Below, in pieces: positions 59,861 to 64,000 of a stretch of DNA of 64,000 bases. Position 1 is the stretch's first letter. Each line of letters starts with the position of its first letter. The position numbers and the translations under genes are program-made. Source of the DNA: an uncultured Candidatus Binatia bacterium (lineage in GTDB: Bacteria > Desulfobacterota > Binatia > UBA9968 > JAJDTQ01); assembly GCA_965242525.1 (NCBI GenBank), contig OZ251459.1, forward strand, positions 2,400,001 to 2,464,000, written 5' to 3'. Below the pieces are notes generated by a model. It searched no databases and was not told where the DNA came from. It saw only the letters and a program-made list of their open reading frames with translations.

Positions 59861-60583
59861 ATGCGTTGGGGCGTAGCCGTTTTCCCCGGCTCCTGCGACG
59901 ACGACGACGTGGTCCACTGCCTGCAGAACGTCCTGGGCCAGGACGTGCGCACCCTGTGGCACAAGGACCGGTTCCCCGGCGGGTGCGACGCGGTGGTCCT
60001 GCCCGGGGGCTTCTCCTACGGCGACTACCTGCGGGCCGGCGCCATGGCCCGTTTCGCGCCGCTCATGCAGGGCGTGGTCGAGTTCGCCCGGGCCGGAGGA
60101 CTGGTCCTGGGCATCTGCAACGGGTTCCAGATCCTCTGCGAGTCCGGGCTGCTGCCCGGGGCCCTCACCCGCAACGCCTCCCTGCGTTTCGTCTGCCGGC
60201 GCGTGTTCCTGCGCGTGGAGGAGACCGACGCGCCGTTCACGCGCCTGGCCCGGCCCGGCGAGCTGCTGGACATGCCGGTGAAACACGGCGAAGGCCGCTA
60301 CCACGCGGACCCGGCGACCCTGTCCCGGCTCCGGGCCAACCGGCAGGTGCTGCTCCGCTACGCGGACGCGGCCGGCCGGGTCTCCGACCAGGCCAACCCC
60401 AACGGCTCGGTGGAAGCGGTGGCCGGCGTCTGCAACGCCCAACGCAACGTCTTCGGCCTGATGCCCCACCCCGAGGACGCCTCCGAGGCGGTGCTCGGGG
60501 GAGCGGACGGCCTCAAGATCTTTGCGTCCATGGCCGCCCACGTCCGGCGCGGGTCGCCGGCCGCACGCCAGGGAAATGGCTGA
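59861..60583 (+). CDS. purQ: FGAM synthase glutaminase subunit
   Basis: [34 protein letters not shown]. Confidence 0.95.
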   Translation: MRWGVAVFPGSCDDDDVVHCLQNVLGQDVRTLWHKDRFPGGCDAVVLPGGFSYGDYLRAGAMARFAPLMQGVVEFARAGGLVLGICNGFQILCESGLLPGALTRNASLRFVCRRVFLRVEETDAPFTRLARPGELLDMPVKHGEGRYHADPATLSRLRANRQVLLRYADAAGRVSDQANPNGSVEAVAGVCNAQRNVFGLMPHPEDASEAVLGGADGLKIFASMAAHVRRGSPAARQGNG

Positions 60584-62807
60584 CCCGACCGGCAGCGCCG
60601 CCGCCCCCGTGACCCCGGAGACGGTCCGGGCCCACGGCCTCACCGACGGCGAGTACGGGGAGATCCTCCGGCTGCTGGGGCGGGAGCCCAACCTGACGGA
60701 GTTGGGGGTCTTCTCGGTCATGTGGTCGGAGCACTGTAGCTACAAGAGCTCGCGGAAGCACCTGAAGCGGCTTCCCTCCCAAGGGGCGCGGGTGGTCCAC
60801 GGGCCGGGGGAGAACGCCGGGGTCGTGGACATCGGCGAGGGCCTCGCGGCGGTCTTCAAGATCGAGAGCCACAACCATCCGTCGTTCATCGAGCCGTACC
60901 AGGGGGCGGCCACCGGGGTGGGGGGCATCCTGCGGGACGTGTTCACCATGGGCGCACGCCCGGTGGCGAGCCTCGACTCGCTCCGGTTCGGCAGCGTCCG
61001 CCATCCCCGGACCGCCTACCTGCTGGACGGCGTGGTGCGCGGCATCGGCGGCTACGGCAACTGCGTGGGCGTGCCCACGGTGGGCGGCGAGGTCCGTTTC
61101 GACGAATGCTACGACGGGAACGTGCTGGTGAACGCGTTCACTCTGGGGATTGTGGAGCGGGACCGGATCTTCACCGGCAAGGCCCAGGGCAGCGGCAACC
61201 CGGTGGTCTATGTGGGCTCCAGGACCGGACGGGACGGGGTCCACGGCGCCACCATGGCCTCGGCGTCCTTCTCCGGGGAGTCGGAGCAGCGCCGGCCTAC
61301 GGTCCAGGTGGGCGACCCGTTCACCGAGAAGCTCCTGCTGGAAGCCTGCCTGGAGCTCATGAAGACCGACGCCATCGTGGGGATACAGGACATGGGGGCC
61401 GCGGGCCTCACGAGTTCGGCCGTGGAGATGGCCGGGCGGGGCGGTTCGGGGGTGGAGCTGGATCTCTCCCAGGTGCCGTTGCGGGAGCCGGGGATGACCC
61501 CCTACGAGATCCTGCTGTCCGAGTCCCAGGAGCGCATGCTCCTGGTGGCGCGCCCGGAGGCGGTGGCGAAGGTGCAGGAGGTCTTCCGGCGTTGGGACCT
61601 GGACGCGGCGGTGGTGGGCCGGGTCATCGACGCACCTGTGTTCCGGGTGCTGTGGGAAGGCCGCGTGGCGGCCTCGATTCCGGTGGCGGCCTTGACCGAG
61701 TCCGCGCCGCTCTACGACCGCCCTGCGTCCCCGCCCGCGCGCCAGGACGAGGTCCGGCGCTTGGACGCGGCCGCGCTGCCGCAACCCGATGACATGACCC
61801 GGACGCTGGAGCGGCTGCTGGAGTCCCCCAACCTCGCGTCCCGGGAACCCATCTACCGCCAGTACGACCACTACGTGCGCAGCAACACGGTGCTGGCCCC
61901 GGGAGCGGACGCGGCCGTGGTCCGCATCAAGGGAAGCTCCCGGGGACTCGCCCTCACCGTGGACTGCAACAGCCGGTACTGCTACCTGGACCCCTGCGCG
62001 GGCGGCATGGGGGCGGTGGCGGAGGCGGCCCGGAACCTCTCCTGCGTGGGCGCTGCGCCGCTGGGGCTCACGGACTGCCTGAACTTCGGCAACCCGGAGC
62101 GGGAAGAGGTCATGTGGCAGTTCTCCCAAGCGATCCTCGGAATGCGCGAAGCGTGCCTGGCCCTGGAAATCCCGGTGGTGAGCGGCAACGTCAGCTTCTA
62201 CAACGAGACCGACGGGGCGTCCATCCACCCCACGCCGACGGTGGCCATGGTGGGCCTGTTGGAGGACGTGGAGCGGGTGGCCGCGCCGTGGTTCCGGACG
62301 GAAGGGGACCTGGTGGTGCTGCTGGGACCGGACCGGGGCGAGCTGGGCGGCAGCGAGTACCTCGAGGTGGTCCACGGCCGGGTGGCGGGAAGGCCCCCGA
62401 CAGTGGACCTGGCCCTGGAGCGGGGGGTCCAGCGGACCTGCCGCGCGGCCGTGGAGGAGGGCCTCCTGTCGTCGGCCCACGACGTGTCCGAGGGGGGGCT
62501 TGCCGTAGCCCTGGCCGAGGCGTGCATGGGAGGCCCGGGCCGGGGCATGGGGGCGGTGGTCGATCCTCCCCCCGGGGACGTCCGTGCGGACGTCTTCCTG
62601 TTCGGCGAGTCCCATTCCCGGATCGTGGCGTCGCTGAAGGAGGAGGACTACGGCCGTCTCCGGGCTATCGCCTCGAAGGAGGGGGTCCCGGCCGCGGTCA
62701 TCGGCCGGGTGGGCGGGACCAGCCTGGTCATCGGCGGCCTGGTGCGGGCGTCGGTGGAACGGCTGCGAGACCTCTGGTCCACCGGGTTGGAGCGGTGTAT
62801 CAAGTGA
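60576..62807 (+). CDS. purL: FGAM synthase subunit PurL
   Basis: [50 protein letters not shown]. Confidence 0.96.
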   Translation: MADPTGSAAAPVTPETVRAHGLTDGEYGEILRLLGREPNLTELGVFSVMWSEHCSYKSSRKHLKRLPSQGARVVHGPGENAGVVDIGEGLAAVFKIESHNHPSFIEPYQGAATGVGGILRDVFTMGARPVASLDSLRFGSVRHPRTAYLLDGVVRGIGGYGNCVGVPTVGGEVRFDECYDGNVLVNAFTLGIVERDRIFTGKAQGSGNPVVYVGSRTGRDGVHGATMASASFSGESEQRRPTVQVGDPFTEKLLLEACLELMKTDAIVGIQDMGAAGLTSSAVEMAGRGGSGVELDLSQVPLREPGMTPYEILLSESQERMLLVARPEAVAKVQEVFRRWDLDAAVVGRVIDAPVFRVLWEGRVAASIPVAALTESAPLYDRPASPPARQDEVRRLDAAALPQPDDMTRTLERLLESPNLASREPIYRQYDHYVRSNTVLAPGADAAVVRIKGSSRGLALTVDCNSRYCYLDPCAGGMGAVAEAARNLSCVGAAPLGLTDCLNFGNPEREEVMWQFSQAILGMREACLALEIPVVSGNVSFYNETDGASIHPTPTVAMVGLLEDVERVAAPWFRTEGDLVVLLGPDRGELGGSEYLEVVHGRVAGRPPTVDLALERGVQRTCRAAVEEGLLSSAHDVSEGGLAVALAEACMGGPGRGMGAVVDPPPGDVRADVFLFGESHSRIVASLKEEDYGRLRAIASKEGVPAAVIGRVGGTSLVIGGLVRASVERLRDLWSTGLERCIK

Positions 62808-62845
62808 ACGGGGACCCGGTCACACGGGATACTCCATTTCCGGCG

Positions 62846-64000
62846 ATGTTCGACAAGTTCCACGAAGAATGCGCGGTGGTCGGGGTCCACAACCACGCCG
62901 AAGCCGCGAACATGGTCTATCTGGGGCTCTACGCCCTGCAGCACCGGGGCCAGGAGTCGTCCGGCATCGTGTCCTCCGACGGCCAGGCGCTCATCTCGCA
63001 CCGCCAGATGGGGCTGGTGGCGGACGTCTTCAACGAGGACGTCATCAAGAACCTGCGGGGCGCCGCGGCCATCGGCCACAACCGCTACTCCACCGCGGGG
63101 CAGAGCCACGTCACCAACGCCCAACCCTTCGTGGTGGAGTATGCGGACGGACCCATCGCCGTGTCCCACAACGGCAACCTCATCAACGCCAACCGGCTGC
63201 GGACGGAGCTGGAGGCCGCGGGATCCATCTTCCAATCCACCTCGGACACCGAGGTGATCGTCCATCTCATCGCCACCTCCCGCGAGAAGGCCCTTCCGGC
63301 CCGGGTCATCGACGCGCTCCACCGGGTCCAAGGCGCCTACTCGCTGCTCTTCCTCACCGCCGACGCCATGATCGCCGCCCGGGACCCCGCGGGGTTCCGG
63401 CCCCTGATCCTGGGCCGGTTCCGGTCGTCGAGGGGCAGCGGCCCGGGCGCCCACGTGGTGGCGTCGGAGACCTGCGTGCTCGACCTGATCGAGGCCGAGT
63501 ACGTGAGGGAGGTGGAGCCCGGAGAGGTGCTGGTGTTCGGCCCCCAAGGCATGGAGTCGATCAGGCCCTTTCCGCAAGCGCCCCGGGCCCGCTGCATCTT
63601 CGAGTCCATCTACTTCTCGCGGCCGGACAGCAACGTGTTCGGCTACAGCGTCTATCAGTACCGGAAGGAGCTGGGCCGCCAGCTTGCCCGGGAGAGCCGC
63701 GTGGACGCCGACCTGGTGACGCCGGTGCCGGACTCCGGGGTCCCGGCCGCCATCGGTTACGCCGAGGAGTCGCGCATCCCGCTGGACCTGGCGTTGATCC
63801 GCAACCACTACGTGGGACGCACGTTCATCGAGCCGCAGCAGAACATCCGCAACTTCGGGGTCAAGATCAAGCTCAACGCCATGCGCGAGGTGCTGGAAGG
63901 CAAGCGCGTGGTGGTGGTGGACGACTCCATCGTCCGCGGCACCACCAGCCAGAAGATCATCCGCATGCTGCGCGAGGCCGGGGCCGCGGAAGTCCACCTG
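62846..64000 (+). CDS. purF: Amidophosphoribosyltransferase (3'-partial, runs off the window; absent from the ORF track)
   Basis: MFDKFHEEC, LQHRGQES, GHNRYST, HNGNL, PVPDSG, VDDSIVRGTT. Confidence 0.95.
   Translation, partial: MFDKFHEECAVVGVHNHAEAANMVYLGLYALQHRGQESSGIVSSDGQALISHRQMGLVADVFNEDVIKNLRGAAAIGHNRYSTAGQSHVTNAQPFVVEYADGPIAVSHNGNLINANRLRTELEAAGSIFQSTSDTEVIVHLIATSREKALPARVIDALHRVQGAYSLLFLTADAMIAARDPAGFRPLILGRFRSSRGSGPGAHVVASETCVLDLIEAEYVREVEPGEVLVFGPQGMESIRPFPQAPRARCIFESIYFSRPDSNVFGYSVYQYRKELGRQLARESRVDADLVTPVPDSGVPAAIGYAEESRIPLDLALIRNHYVGRTFIEPQQNIRNFGVKIKLNAMREVLEGKRVVVVDDSIVRGTTSQKIIRMLREAGAAEVHL

Noticed and set aside
48112-63997. Long antisense and alternate-frame ORFs over housekeeping genes (e.g. 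48112..50910, 56756..58495, 60513..62615, 62648..63997)
   Set aside because: Shadow ORFs caused by high-GC codon bias; they have no motifs and fully overlap well-supported genes.

Overview
High-GC bacterial chromosomal window. The rimP-nusA-ylxR-infB-DUF503-rbfA-truB-rpsO-pnp-M16-dut gene order and split purS/purQ/purL suggest a Deltaproteobacteria-like organism (inference only). Housekeeping and metabolic blocks (rluD, UbiD, NfeD/SPFH, TPP enzyme, MetE-like, macro domain, gltA, aguBA, queF, dnaB, thiE, NtrBC-like, translation and purine operons) are interleaved with three kinds of accessory DNA. (1) Eroded restriction-modification loci at 0.4-4.1 kb and 10-11.8 kb. (2) A roughly 12 kb lower-GC defence island at 21.0-33.1 kb: PLD-SNF2 helicase, type ISP-like MTase with an S24 tail, GHKL/histidine kinase, receiver protein, Dcm and Vsr. 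(3) A 3 kb mosaic right after dnaB (37.8-40.8 kb), which is the most unusual element. There, three solitary type I-E CRISPR-like repeats delimit kb-long phage-derived segments. These segments hold three different 'tail chaperone end / antisense small membrane gene with own leaderless promoter / tape-measure start' cassettes and three copies of a roughly 70-nt structured RNA with a compensatory base change, two of them with clear sigma70 promoters. Also found: a deiodinase-like selenoprotein (in-frame UGA plus an fdhF-type SECIS hairpin) that the ORF track splits in two, and MITE families with visible target-site duplications. All family assignments come from motif recognition by eye, not database searches.
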